Assembly (NCBI GenBank): GCA_944385915.1 | Contig: CALWZB010000077.1 | Location: forward strand, 6,973 to 70,972 | Length of the DNA stretch: 64,000 nt | Direction: 5' to 3' | Origin: an uncultured Clostridia bacterium | Lineage (GTDB): Bacteria > Bacillota > Clostridia > Oscillospirales > Ruminococcaceae | Shown: piece after piece, positions 37,794 to 46,189 of the stretch | Layout: each line of letters opens with the position of its first letter | Position numbering within the stretch: the stretch's first letter is position 1 | Position numbers and translations under genes: made by a program | Notes under the pieces: generated by a model | Database searches by the model: none | The model's input: the letters and a program-made list of their open reading frames with translations, nothing else | Told to the model about the DNA's origin: nothing

Positions 37794-37809
37794 TGTTTCA
37801 CGTGAAACA
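37794..37809. promoter_or_regulatory. parS: parS centromere-like site (perfect 16-bp palindrome)
   Basis: TGTTTCACGTGAAACA matches the Firmicutes parS consensus TGTTNCACGTGAAACA. It lies between the noc terminator and the parA promoter region. Confidence 0.85.
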
Positions 37810-37816
37810 AAAAAAT

Positions 37817-37840
37817 AACCGGAAGGACTTCCTTCCGGTT
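37817..37840 (-). terminator. Terminator overlapping the noc stop codon
   Basis: AACCGGAAGG-ACTT-CCTTCCGGTT stem. On the minus strand it is followed by ATTTTTTTG. Confidence 0.75.
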
Positions 37841-38648
37841 ATTTTCCTTTGTTTGCGGTCACGGGGATCTTTACCACATATTCGATATAATCCCCCCGTT
37901 CCCGTTTTTCCGCGGTAGCGTTGATCCCCGCTGTTTTCATCGTGTCCACCGCTTTGTTGATGGTGTTTAGAAAAATACGCACATCCTTTAACATAATGAT
38001 CTTTCGTTTGGGTGGTTTCGGAATCAGCAGGCGTTTGACATAGGCTTCTGTTTTGGCGACGCTCAAATTTTCCTTGGCGATATGTAAAATAGCTTCCATA
38101 CGAAGGGAGCCTTCGGGAAGCTGCAAAAGGGCTCTGGCGTGCCGCTCGGTAAGATGGTTTTCGGTGATTGCTTTTTTCTCCGCCTCAGTAAACGCCAAAA
38201 GGCGCAGCTTGTTGGCGATGGTAGACTGGGCTTTTCCAAGACGCCTTGCCGCTTCCTCCTGGCTGACCCCCCATTCTACAATAAGGCTGTGAAGGGCCGA
38301 TGCCTCCTCAAACACCGAAAGGTCCTTGCGCTGGATGTTTTCCAAAATGGCGTACACCGCCGACTGACGGGGACTGGTATCCATAACCACCGCGGGAATG
38401 GTCTTTTTTCCTGCCAGCATAGACGCTCTGGTCCTTCGTTCTCCCGAAATCAGTTCATACCGGCCGTTTTGCCCTTTCCGCACCAAAATCGGCTGTAAAA
38501 CCCCGTTTTCCGAAATGCTGTCGCTTAACGATTGCAGCTCCTTTTCGGAAAACACCTGTCTTGGCTGCGCCGGATTGGGGTCGATCTCGGTTAAGGGCAG
38601 CAAAACCACTTTGTTGACTGTCTTTTCTTTTTGCAAAAATCCCGCCAT
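37839..38648 (-). CDS. noc: ParB-like nucleoid occlusion protein (Noc-type)
   Basis: The ParB N-domain motifs are PNPAQPRQ, GVLQPILVR and GERRTRA, followed by an HTH. The Noc-like C-terminus reads KDVRIFLNTINKAVDTMKTAGI. The position between rsmG and parA matches other Firmicutes. Confidence 0.65.
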   Translation of the reverse strand: MAGFLQKEKTVNKVVLLPLTEIDPNPAQPRQVFSEKELQSLSDSISENGVLQPILVRKGQNGRYELISGERRTRASMLAGKKTIPAVVMDTSPRQSAVYAILENIQRKDLSVFEEASALHSLIVEWGVSQEEAARRLGKAQSTIANKLRLLAFTEAEKKAITENHLTERHARALLQLPEGSLRMEAILHIAKENLSVAKTEAYVKRLLIPKPPKRKIIMLKDVRIFLNTINKAVDTMKTAGINATAEKRERGDYIEYVVKIPVTANKGK

Positions 38649-38741
38649 TTGCCATCCTCCTCTCTTTCAAGATCAGTATAGCAAAGGCGGGAAATGATTT
38701 CCAGAAATTTCGGTCGCACAAACCGACAGGGTTTTTTCTTT

Positions 38742-39461
38742 TTACCGGCGAATCAAAGGTTCTTTTTTGATTTTTCCGGCGTTTCTCGGGTATTTTGTCG
38801 GGGTGGGTCGATTTTTTCTCAGGACAAGCAGGGTGCGTTTACTTCCATCGGGAAGGGAAAATTCGTTTATCGATTCCACCTCTCCCCCCATCTGCTCAAT
38901 CGCGTAGCGGCTTTCCAAAAGCTCCGTCTCCATATCCGGACCCTTGAGGGCGACAAACGCCCCTCCTACCCGGACAAAGGGAAGACAATATTCCGAAAGC
39001 TCCCTAAGATGGGCCACCGCCCGCGCCGTGGCGCAGTCAAACTGTTCCCGGTATTCTTCCTTTCTTCCCAGCTCCTCCGCCCGGCCATGGATCCGTTCCA
39101 CCGAAAGGGAGAGTTCCTTCGCCACCGCTTCCAAAAACAAAAGCCGCTTGTTTAAGCTGTCCAACAACGTTACCGACAGATCCCTCCGTGCAAGAGCCAG
39201 CGGCACGCCGGGAAATCCGGCGCCGGTACCTACGTCGATCAAACGGCTCCCCTCTTTGGGCGTATAAACCTTAAGGAAAAGGAGACTGTCTAAAAAATGC
39301 TTTACCTCCATCCCCTCAGGATCGGTAATGGCAGTTAAATTCATCTTCTGGTTCCATTCCCATAAAAGCGCCCCGTACCGGTCCAAATTCTCGCAAAGCG
39401 CCGGATCGGAGGGAAGGCCATACCCGGAAAGCAGTGACTCCATCCTTACAAGATCAATCAT
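38742..39461 (-). CDS. rsmG: 16S rRNA (guanine527-N7)-methyltransferase RsmG
   Basis: WNQKMNLTAI and DVGTGAGFPG SAM motifs. The start could also be ATG 39443. Confidence 0.9.
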   Translation of the reverse strand: MIDLVRMESLLSGYGLPSDPALCENLDRYGALLWEWNQKMNLTAITDPEGMEVKHFLDSLLFLKVYTPKEGSRLIDVGTGAGFPGVPLALARRDLSVTLLDSLNKRLLFLEAVAKELSLSVERIHGRAEELGRKEEYREQFDCATARAVAHLRELSEYCLPFVRVGGAFVALKGPDMETELLESRYAIEQMGGEVESINEFSLPDGSKRTLLVLRKNRPTPTKYPRNAGKIKKEPLIRR

Positions 39462-41337
39462 CGGTATGCTCCTTTCGTTCCAAAAAGATGAGGAGTGCGG
39501 TAATATCCGCGGGGTTAACGCCGGAGATCCGGGACGCCTGTCCTACGTTTTCCGGCTGGACTTTGTTGAGCTTTTCGATCGCCTCTAACCGCAGTCCGTT
39601 GACCTTGGTATAATCAAAGGGATACGGGATCTTTTTCCGCTCGATGCGGTGCAGTTCCTCCGCCTGCGCCAGCTGTTTTTTAATATAGCCTTCGTATTTA
39701 ATGCGCACTTCCACCTGCTCCCCTACCTCGTCGGGCAGATGGGGACGGCCGGGGTCAAAGGGGGCGAGACCTTCATAGGTGAGCTGGGGACGGCGAATCA
39801 AATCGGCCAGCTTGACACCGGTGTGGATAGGAACTGTTTCACGTGAAACAAGAAAAGCGTTCAGCTCCTCGGAGGGAGGAATATTCATCTTTCGCACCCG
39901 TTCCTCTTCGGTTTTGACCTGCTCCATCTTCTCCAAAAACCGGCGGTACCGTTCCTCGGAAATGAGTCCGATCTCATAACCGATAGGGGTCAGGCGCTCA
40001 TCGGCGTTGTCCTGGCGCAAAAGAAGGCGAAACTCGCTTCGCGAGGTCATCATCCGGTAGGGATCGGAACAGCCCTTGGTCACCAGATCGTCGATAAGGG
40101 TACCAATGTAAGAGCTGGACCGGGGAAGAATCAGCGGCTCTTTTCCCGAAATCTTCCGGGCAGCATTGATGCCGGCGATGAGTCCCTGGGCCGCCGCTTC
40201 CTCGTAACCCGAGGTGCCGTTAAACTGGCCGGCGCCGTATAAGCCCTTAATATTGCGGTACTCTAACGAAGCGAACAAGGCGGTGGGATCACAGCAATCG
40301 TACTCTATCGCATAGGCGTTACGCATGACCTCCAGATGCTCGAAGCCCTTAATGCTGCGCAAAAACGCCATCTGGACATCTTCGGGCATAGAGGAGGAGA
40401 TCCCCTGGAGATACATTTCCTCGGTATCCAGACCCATCGGCTCCACAAAAAGCTGGTGCCGCGGCTTATCGGAAAAGCGGACAATCTTGTCCTCGATACT
40501 GGGGCAGTACCGGGGGCCAATAGCTTCGATCCGGCCGCCGTAAATGGGAGAACGGTCTAAATTTTCCCGGATGATCCGGTGGGTCTCCCCGTTGGTATAA
40601 GCGATATAGCAATCCACCTTATTTTCCAAAGGACCTTTGGTGGTAAAGCTAAAGGGGACGATCTTCTCGTCGCCGCTTTGCTTTTCCAGCACCGAAAAGT
40701 CGATGCTCCGGCGGTGGACTCGAGGCGGGGTCCCTGTCTTAAACCGGCGCATGGGAAGGCCCTCTCGCCGCAAGGCGTCAGTCAGCCCTTTGGCGGCAGA
40801 GATCCCGTCGGGGCCGCTTTCATAGGAAACCTCCCCCACATGGATCATCCCCCCAAGATAGGTCCCGGTGGCGAGGATACATGCTTTGGTCTGGTAAAGA
40901 GCGCCCAATTTGGTGACCACGCCGGTCAGCGTTCCGTCCTCTACCACAATATCCACGATCTCGCTTTGTTTCAGATCCAAATTGGGGATGGATTCCAACA
41001 ATTTTTTCATGTAGGTATGGTACCGGCGGCGGTCAGTCTGCACCCGAAGGGAATGGACGGCGGGGCCTTTTCCCATGTTCAGCATCCGGCTTTGCAAAAA
41101 GGTGGCGTCGGCGGCAATACCCATTACCCCGCCCAGCGCGTCGATCTCCCGCACCAAATGCCCTTTGGCGGTGCCGCCGATAGAGGGATTGCAGGGAAGG
41201 TTGGCCAAAGCGTCCAAAGAGAGGGTGAACAAGGCGGTGCGCATTCCCAATCTTGCCGCAGCTACCGCCGCTTCAATGCCCGCGTGACCGGCGCCCACGA
41301 CGCAGACGTCATACTGATCCATCCAATATCGATTCAT
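39454..41337 (-). CDS. mnmG: tRNA uridine 5-carboxymethylaminomethyl modification enzyme MnmG (GidA)
   Basis: YDVCVVGAGHAGIEAA FAD motif and about 625 aa. The start is ambiguous (41361, 41337 or 41322). Confidence 0.95.
   Translation of the reverse strand: MNRYWMDQYDVCVVGAGHAGIEAAVAAARLGMRTALFTLSLDALANLPCNPSIGGTAKGHLVREIDALGGVMGIAADATFLQSRMLNMGKGPAVHSLRVQTDRRRYHTYMKKLLESIPNLDLKQSEIVDIVVEDGTLTGVVTKLGALYQTKACILATGTYLGGMIHVGEVSYESGPDGISAAKGLTDALRREGLPMRRFKTGTPPRVHRRSIDFSVLEKQSGDEKIVPFSFTTKGPLENKVDCYIAYTNGETHRIIRENLDRSPIYGGRIEAIGPRYCPSIEDKIVRFSDKPRHQLFVEPMGLDTEEMYLQGISSSMPEDVQMAFLRSIKGFEHLEVMRNAYAIEYDCCDPTALFASLEYRNIKGLYGAGQFNGTSGYEEAAAQGLIAGINAARKISGKEPLILPRSSSYIGTLIDDLVTKGCSDPYRMMTSRSEFRLLLRQDNADERLTPIGYEIGLISEERYRRFLEKMEQVKTEEERVRKMNIPPSEELNAFLVSRETVPIHTGVKLADLIRRPQLTYEGLAPFDPGRPHLPDEVGEQVEVRIKYEGYIKKQLAQAEELHRIERKKIPYPFDYTKVNGLRLEAIEKLNKVQPENVGQASRISGVNPADITALLIFLERKEHTDD
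39835..39850. promoter_or_regulatory. parS: parS site inside mnmG
   Basis: A second identical copy of TGTTTCACGTGAAACA lies within the mnmG coding sequence. Confidence 0.8.
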
Positions 41338-41345
41338 ACTCGTTC

Positions 41346-42707
41346 CTACTTTCCAACGCAAAAATGGGAGAAAATCTCTTCTACCACCCGTTCGCTTACC
41401 TTTTCTCCGCTCAGTGCCAGCAGCGCATCCAGCGCATTTTCCCCGTCCAGCGCGATAGCGTCCAAAGGAAATCCGTTATCAATGGTGGCGATGGTCTCAT
41501 CCAGAGCGCCAAGGGCCTGTTTGGCGGCGGAAAGCTGGCGCTCATTAAACAAAAACGCTTCGTTTCCCGTCAGAGAGGTCAGGGATAAGAAGGAAGAGAT
41601 CGCCTGGGTCAGGGCTTCCTTTCCTGTCCCCTCTTTGGCGGAGATGGAAACCACCAACGGAAAATGCTCCTGGAGCTTTTGGGAAAGAACATCCCGAAGA
41701 TCGGTTTTGTTCACCACCGCAATAACTGGTAAACCATTTAACTGTTTCCAGAGGGCGTCGTCCTCCTTGGAAAGATCCTCGGAGCCGTCAAACACCGCCA
41801 GGATCAGAGAAGCGGTCTCCACCCGCTTTTTCGCCAGCTCCACCCCGATTTGCTCCACCGGGTTATCGGTTTGCCGAAGCCCGGCGGTATCCGCCAGATT
41901 CAACGTGAGATTTCCAAGGGAGATGCGCTCCTCCACCACGTCTCTGGTGGTGCCGGGGATATCGGTGACGATGCTTCGTTCCCTTTGGGACAAAAGGTTC
42001 ATCAAAGTGGATTTTCCCACATTGGGCTTTCCGACGATGACGGTATCGATGCCGTCCCGCAAAAGCTTCCCCTTATCGAAATCCAAAATCAGCGCCGAAA
42101 GGGCGTCTCTGGCGGCGCAAAAACCCTCCCGGATCTGGGACAGGGCGAGGGGATCCATATCCTCCTCGGGATAATCCAGATAGGCGGCAATGGAACCGAT
42201 CACCGAGACAATGCCGTCGGAAATAGATCGGATCTTCCGGTAAAGGGTCCCATCCATGGCGCTTTTAGCGGCCTTGAGGGCGTTTTCATTTTCCGCCTGG
42301 ATCATATCCAAAACCCCTTCCGCCTGGGTCAGGGTCATTTTCCCGTTTTCAAAAGCCCGTTTGGTAAACTCTCCCGCCTGGGCCAAAACAGCGCCTGCAT
42401 CCAAAACCAGGCGCAGCACTTTCTTGGTGACGAACAAGCCGCCGTGGCAGGAAAGCTCCACCACATCCTCGCCGGTATAACTATGAGGCGCCAAAAAAAC
42501 GGTGGCGATCCCTTCGTCCACTTCTTTTTCCCCATCCATCAGCTTTCCGTAAGCTGCCCGGTAACCTTTCATTTTGGAAAGCGGGACACCGGAATGGGGG
42601 GAAAAGACCTTTTCCCCCACAGCGATCGCTTCTTTTCCGGATATACGAATGACGCTGATCCCGCCTACCGCCAAAGGTGTCGAGATCGCCGCAATGGTTT
42701 TTTCCAT
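41346..42707 (-). CDS. mnmE: tRNA modification GTPase MnmE (TrmE)
   Basis: TIAAISTP at the N-terminus, GKPNVGKSTL G1 motif, DTAGLR, and C-terminal CVGK. Confidence 0.95.
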   Translation of the reverse strand: MEKTIAAISTPLAVGGISVIRISGKEAIAVGEKVFSPHSGVPLSKMKGYRAAYGKLMDGEKEVDEGIATVFLAPHSYTGEDVVELSCHGGLFVTKKVLRLVLDAGAVLAQAGEFTKRAFENGKMTLTQAEGVLDMIQAENENALKAAKSAMDGTLYRKIRSISDGIVSVIGSIAAYLDYPEEDMDPLALSQIREGFCAARDALSALILDFDKGKLLRDGIDTVIVGKPNVGKSTLMNLLSQRERSIVTDIPGTTRDVVEERISLGNLTLNLADTAGLRQTDNPVEQIGVELAKKRVETASLILAVFDGSEDLSKEDDALWKQLNGLPVIAVVNKTDLRDVLSQKLQEHFPLVVSISAKEGTGKEALTQAISSFLSLTSLTGNEAFLFNERQLSAAKQALGALDETIATIDNGFPLDAIALDGENALDALLALSGEKVSERVVEEIFSHFCVGK

Positions 42708-42814
42708 CTTTTTCTCCTAAAAATAACGGCGTCCCCTTTTAAGATTCGCTACCAAACAGTACGAACTCAAAGCAGGACGCCGGATACGATCAGATCGTTT
42801 CCTGTCTATAACAC

Positions 42815-43846
42815 TTACAGCTCGATCTTGCTGTAAAGCTTAATATTGTCGTTTAATTCCTTCGGTTCCTTATTGGTCTTTTCCGCCGGCGCCGCAGTAG
42901 GCTTTCTTTCCTCTCTTGGGCCTCTGGAACGGTTATAGTTTCCCTTCCGGTCATTACGGCGGTATCCGCCCTGCTGTCTCGAAGGCTTGATGACCACCTT
43001 CCGGTTGGGCTCTTCGCCGCTGGACTTGGAGTAAACACCCTCGATCTCGGTGACCACCGAATGGATGATCCGGCGCTCGTAGGGATTCATCGGCTCCAGC
43101 GCCGCGGGACGTCCCGTTTTCAGCACCTTTTTCGCCATTCTCGCCGCCAGCGCCTTTAACGTCTCCTCCCGTTTTTCCCGGTAATTTCCGGCGTTTAAGG
43201 TAAAGCGGATATAGTCGCCCTCCAAACGGTTGGCAACCAGGCAGACCAGGTACTGGATGGCATCCAAGGTCTCGCCCCGTTTTCCGATCACCGAACCGAT
43301 ATCGCTGCCCTCCAAACGGACATGGATAGTCTTATTGGCGCCCTCCATAAAGGTAGCGGTAACACCGCTGGCGCCCATCTGATCAAAGATCTCCCGAAGA
43401 TAAGCGGACGCCACCTCTACCTTGGGCATCAGCTCCAAAGAAGGCTCTTTCAGCACTTCCTCTTCGGCGGCCAACTTTTCCTCTTTCGCCGGCGCTTCCT
43501 CTTTGACCTCTTCTTTTTCCTTTACAACGGGGGCAGGAACCGCCGCTTCCTTAGGCTGTTCCTTACGGGGCTTGGGGGCGGGCTTTTGCGCCGCTTTTAC
43601 GCTTTCCTCCCGTTTATTCTCCTCTTTTTTGACTTCCTCTTTTTTTACAGGACGCTCCTCTAACGAGAATTCATCATCCTCTACCGTAAGGCGCACTCTC
43701 GCGGGCGCTTTGATCTTACCGAAAAACCCTTTTTTGGGATATTGCAGGATTTCAGGGATACCTACGTCTTCTCCGATCCCCATTTCGGCTCTCGCCTTGG
43801 CAATGGCTTCTTCAACGGTATTTCCCGTCGCTTCATACTGCCGCAT
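42815..43846 (-). CDS. jag: Jag/KhpB RNA-binding protein (Jag-N, KH and R3H domains) with a long Lys/Glu-rich linker
   Basis: The KH-like segment reads GSVIGKRGETLDAIQYL. The R3H region reads LEPMNPYERRIIH. The position downstream of yidC is conserved. Confidence 0.85.
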   Translation of the reverse strand: MRQYEATGNTVEEAIAKARAEMGIGEDVGIPEILQYPKKGFFGKIKAPARVRLTVEDDEFSLEERPVKKEEVKKEENKREESVKAAQKPAPKPRKEQPKEAAVPAPVVKEKEEVKEEAPAKEEKLAAEEEVLKEPSLELMPKVEVASAYLREIFDQMGASGVTATFMEGANKTIHVRLEGSDIGSVIGKRGETLDAIQYLVCLVANRLEGDYIRFTLNAGNYREKREETLKALAARMAKKVLKTGRPAALEPMNPYERRIIHSVVTEIEGVYSKSSGEEPNRKVVIKPSRQQGGYRRNDRKGNYNRSRGPREERKPTAAPAEKTNKEPKELNDNIKLYSKIEL

Positions 43847-43858
43847 ATGGATCCTCCT

Positions 43859-44962
43859 TTATCTTAAGTCGTTGTCGTTTACCTCTATATACTCTTCGCC
43901 GTATTTTTCCGCGTCTCTTCTGCGCGCCTCCGCAAGCCGTCTCCGATTCCGTTCCTTTTCGGAAATGCCTTCCTCATCAATGGGAAGCGCCGTCTTTTTG
44001 GGCGTTTTCTCTTCCTCTTCGTCCTCTTCGTCCTTTGATTCTTCCTCTTTGAGTTTTCCGCCCGAAGCCTTTCTCCGTTTTTCCCGTTCCAGGCGTTTTT
44101 TCTCCTTTTCCGCCTCCAAAGCAGCCTCATATTCCGCTTTGTATTTGGCAGGGCTGTAAAGTTTGTTCATCAAAATACTTTGGAGCATAGCCAAAAGGTT
44201 GGATAAAATCCAGTACAAACCGACGCCGATAGGCACCGAAAAGGTGATCCACACCGACATCAAAGGCATCATATAGATCATGCCTTTCATCATACCCGCG
44301 CCCTGGCTTTGGGCCGTTCCGCTCATCTTCATGGAAACATAGCCCGAAAGGAAAGAAGTCAAACCGGACAAAATGGGCACCAAAAGCAAAACATTAAATG
44401 CCAAAGTGGGCGTCTGGCCCAGATACAGTCCAAAGAGAGAGTATTTGAAATCGGCGATCATCTGGGTGGTTTCGGTACCGATCACCGAAGCAAAGGTATC
44501 AAACTGGCCCCCCTGGATAGCGGAGATGATCTGAAGCTCGATCTGCCGCACAGTCTGTCCCAGGGTATTGGTGACAACATCGCTGGCTAACGCGATGGTC
44601 TCCGAATCCAGATGAAGGATATGGGTCAAAGGCTTATATACGACGTCAATAACGCCAAACAGCACCAAAAAGGTCACCAGCAAAGGAAGGCATCCGCTCA
44701 TAGGATTGAACTGATGCTCCTGGTAAAACTTCGCCATCTCCTCTTGCTGCTTTTGCTTGTTGTTGGCGTATTTTTTCTGGATCTCGTTGATTTTAGGCTG
44801 AAATACCGACATCCTTGCCGTGGATTTCTGCTGTTTGATGCTTAAAGGGAAGGTCGCGACCTTTACCAGTACGGTAAACAGAATCAGGGCGACACCGTAA
44901 TTTTTCACCAGCGAATAAATCGCCCACATAATCCAGCCCAAGGGCCAACCGAGAATTCCCAT
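43859..44962 (-). CDS. yidC: Membrane protein insertase YidC with an approximately 100-aa charged C-terminal tail
   Basis: The conserved segments MSGCLPLLV and PIGVGLYWILSNLL are present. The tail is KEKKRLEREKRRK...RRRLAEARRRDAEK. Confidence 0.9.
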   Translation of the reverse strand: MGILGWPLGWIMWAIYSLVKNYGVALILFTVLVKVATFPLSIKQQKSTARMSVFQPKINEIQKKYANNKQKQQEEMAKFYQEHQFNPMSGCLPLLVTFLVLFGVIDVVYKPLTHILHLDSETIALASDVVTNTLGQTVRQIELQIISAIQGGQFDTFASVIGTETTQMIADFKYSLFGLYLGQTPTLAFNVLLLVPILSGLTSFLSGYVSMKMSGTAQSQGAGMMKGMIYMMPLMSVWITFSVPIGVGLYWILSNLLAMLQSILMNKLYSPAKYKAEYEAALEAEKEKKRLEREKRRKASGGKLKEEESKDEEDEEEEKTPKKTALPIDEEGISEKERNRRRLAEARRRDAEKYGEEYIEVNDNDLR

Positions 44963-44983
44963 TTCATTATTCCTTTCAGCAAA

Positions 44984-45226
44984 CTATTTTCTTTTCTTAA
45001 AAAAAGTAAATTCTTCCGGGACCGGATCCAAACCTCCAGGAAAAAGAGGATTACACCGCAAGATCCGCTTAATACTCAGATAACCGCCTTTCAGCGCGCC
45101 GAAACGCTGCACCGCCTCGTAGGCGTACGCGGAACAGGTAGGATAAAACCGGCAGCACGGCGGCTTCAAACCGGAAAGCACCTTTTGATAAAAAGCGATA
45201 CACCGCAATAAAAACCATCGGATCAT
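44984..45226 (-). CDS. yidD: Membrane protein insertion efficiency factor YidD
   Basis: 80 aa with the [11 protein letters not shown] motif. Confidence 0.9.
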   Translation of the reverse strand: MIRWFLLRCIAFYQKVLSGLKPPCCRFYPTCSAYAYEAVQRFGALKGGYLSIKRILRCNPLFPGGLDPVPEEFTFFKKRK

Positions 45227-45582
45227 TTGCTTTTCTCTGTTTCTCTTTTTTCTTCATTAGGGGAAAACAGGGCTTTTTCCATCGCCTTGGCGACCTGGGG
45301 CATTTTGGCGGAAAGTATCTTTTCCCGGGCAACAAAAACAAAATCCCGATTTCCCATCTCGGAAAGAGGCAAGGTAAAAAACGCCGTCCGCAAAAGCCTT
45401 CTCGCCCGGTTTCGCTCCACCGCGTTTCCAAGCTTTTTGGACGCTGTCAAACCGTAACGGACCCCCTCGCGGCGGTTTTTTACCACATAACAGATAAAAT
45501 AAGGCGAAACACATCGTTTTCCCCGGTAGTAAGCCCGTTTGAATTCCTTATTCAGCGTCAGTGTCCGTACGTTGGGTTTCAT
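45223..45582 (-). CDS. rnpA: Ribonuclease P protein component
   Basis: 119 aa. [24 protein letters not shown] carries the RNR motif. Confidence 0.9.
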   Translation of the reverse strand: MKPNVRTLTLNKEFKRAYYRGKRCVSPYFICYVVKNRREGVRYGLTASKKLGNAVERNRARRLLRTAFFTLPLSEMGNRDFVFVAREKILSAKMPQVAKAMEKALFSPNEEKRETEKSK

Positions 45583-45621
45583 ATCTTCTCGTTCCGTTTT
45601 CCTTTTTTCGGAAAATGAAGG

Positions 45622-45653
45622 GAAACTGCCCCGCGTTGGTACAGGGCAGTTTC
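45622..45653 (-). terminator. Stem-loop between rpmH and rnpA (attenuator / partial terminator)
   Basis: GAAACTGCCC-12 nt-GGGCAGTTTC forms a 10-bp stem. Confidence 0.45.
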
Positions 45654-45675
45654 ACCATTTCCGGGTTCAGTTCAA

Positions 45676-45810
45676 TCAATAGCTTAATCTGGCTCTGCCT
45701 TTTGCCCGTCTCCTGGCTAAGACCTTACGACCATTTCTGGTGCTCATTCTGGCACGAAATCCGTGAACTTTCTGTCTGTGCAGCTTCTTAGGCTGGTAGG
45801 TTCTTTTCAC
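45676..45810 (-). CDS. rpmH: 50S ribosomal protein L34
   Basis: 44 aa, (M)[43 protein letters not shown]. The GTG start at 45810 lies 7 nt after AAGGAGG. Confidence 0.95.
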   Translation of the reverse strand: MKRTYQPKKLHRQKVHGFRARMSTRNGRKVLARRRAKGRARLSY

Positions 45811-45953
45811 AATAGACCCTCCTTTTCCATCTCCGTTTTTAAGCTTTCGCCTTCGCTCTCTGTGCCGTCTCAAACGCCCCTTGATCTCACCCGAAAAAGA
45901 CGGTAGGCAAGTCCTAAAAATACCGGTAAAAAAGCGAAAACTCTCAATTTAGT

Positions 45954-45982
45954 ATTATATTGAAGGAACCCCTTTTTGTCAA
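45954..45982 (-). promoter_or_regulatory. Consensus sigma-A promoter of rpmH-rnpA
   Basis: On the minus strand, TTGACA (45977-45982), a 17-nt spacer and TATAAT (45954-45959). Confidence 0.65.
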
Positions 45983-46067
45983 CTCTTTTTTTGTAAATTT
46001 CATAGAGAGGGTAAAATTTCGCCTTTCTTTTCCTCCATTTTCTTTTCCACTTTTTAATGGGGAAAAC

Positions 46068-46096
46068 TTGAAATCCATATCCCTTTGTGTTATATT
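46068..46096 (+). promoter_or_regulatory. Candidate dnaA promoter
   Basis: TTGAAA (46068-46073), a 17-nt spacer ending in TGt (extended -10), and TATATT (46091-46096). A DnaA-box-like TTTTCCACT lies at 46043-46051, just upstream. Confidence 0.5.
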
Positions 46097-46189
46097 TATA
46101 AAGGTATGGTTTGCAAATAAAAGGTTTTCCTTTTTTCCTTCCGGAGAGGATACGGGAAAAAGGCTTTTTATATTTAAGGAGGACTCGCA

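Noticed and set aside
40579-42836. Two long plus-strand ORFs (531 aa at 40579-42174 and 328 aa at 41850-42836).
   Set aside because: They are antisense to the unmistakable mnmG and mnmE genes. The translations are low-complexity (G/R/P/H/S-rich) with no RBS or recognisable domains.
43422-44159. A 245-aa Ser/Phe/Leu-rich plus-strand ORF.
   Set aside because: It is the reverse-complement reading of the Lys/Glu-rich linker of jag and the charged tail of yidC. It is a compositional artefact.
45811-45873. A longer rpmH ORF (65 aa).
   Set aside because: L34 is a 44-aa protein. GTG 45810 with an AAGGAGG RBS gives exactly the conserved KRTYQPKK start.
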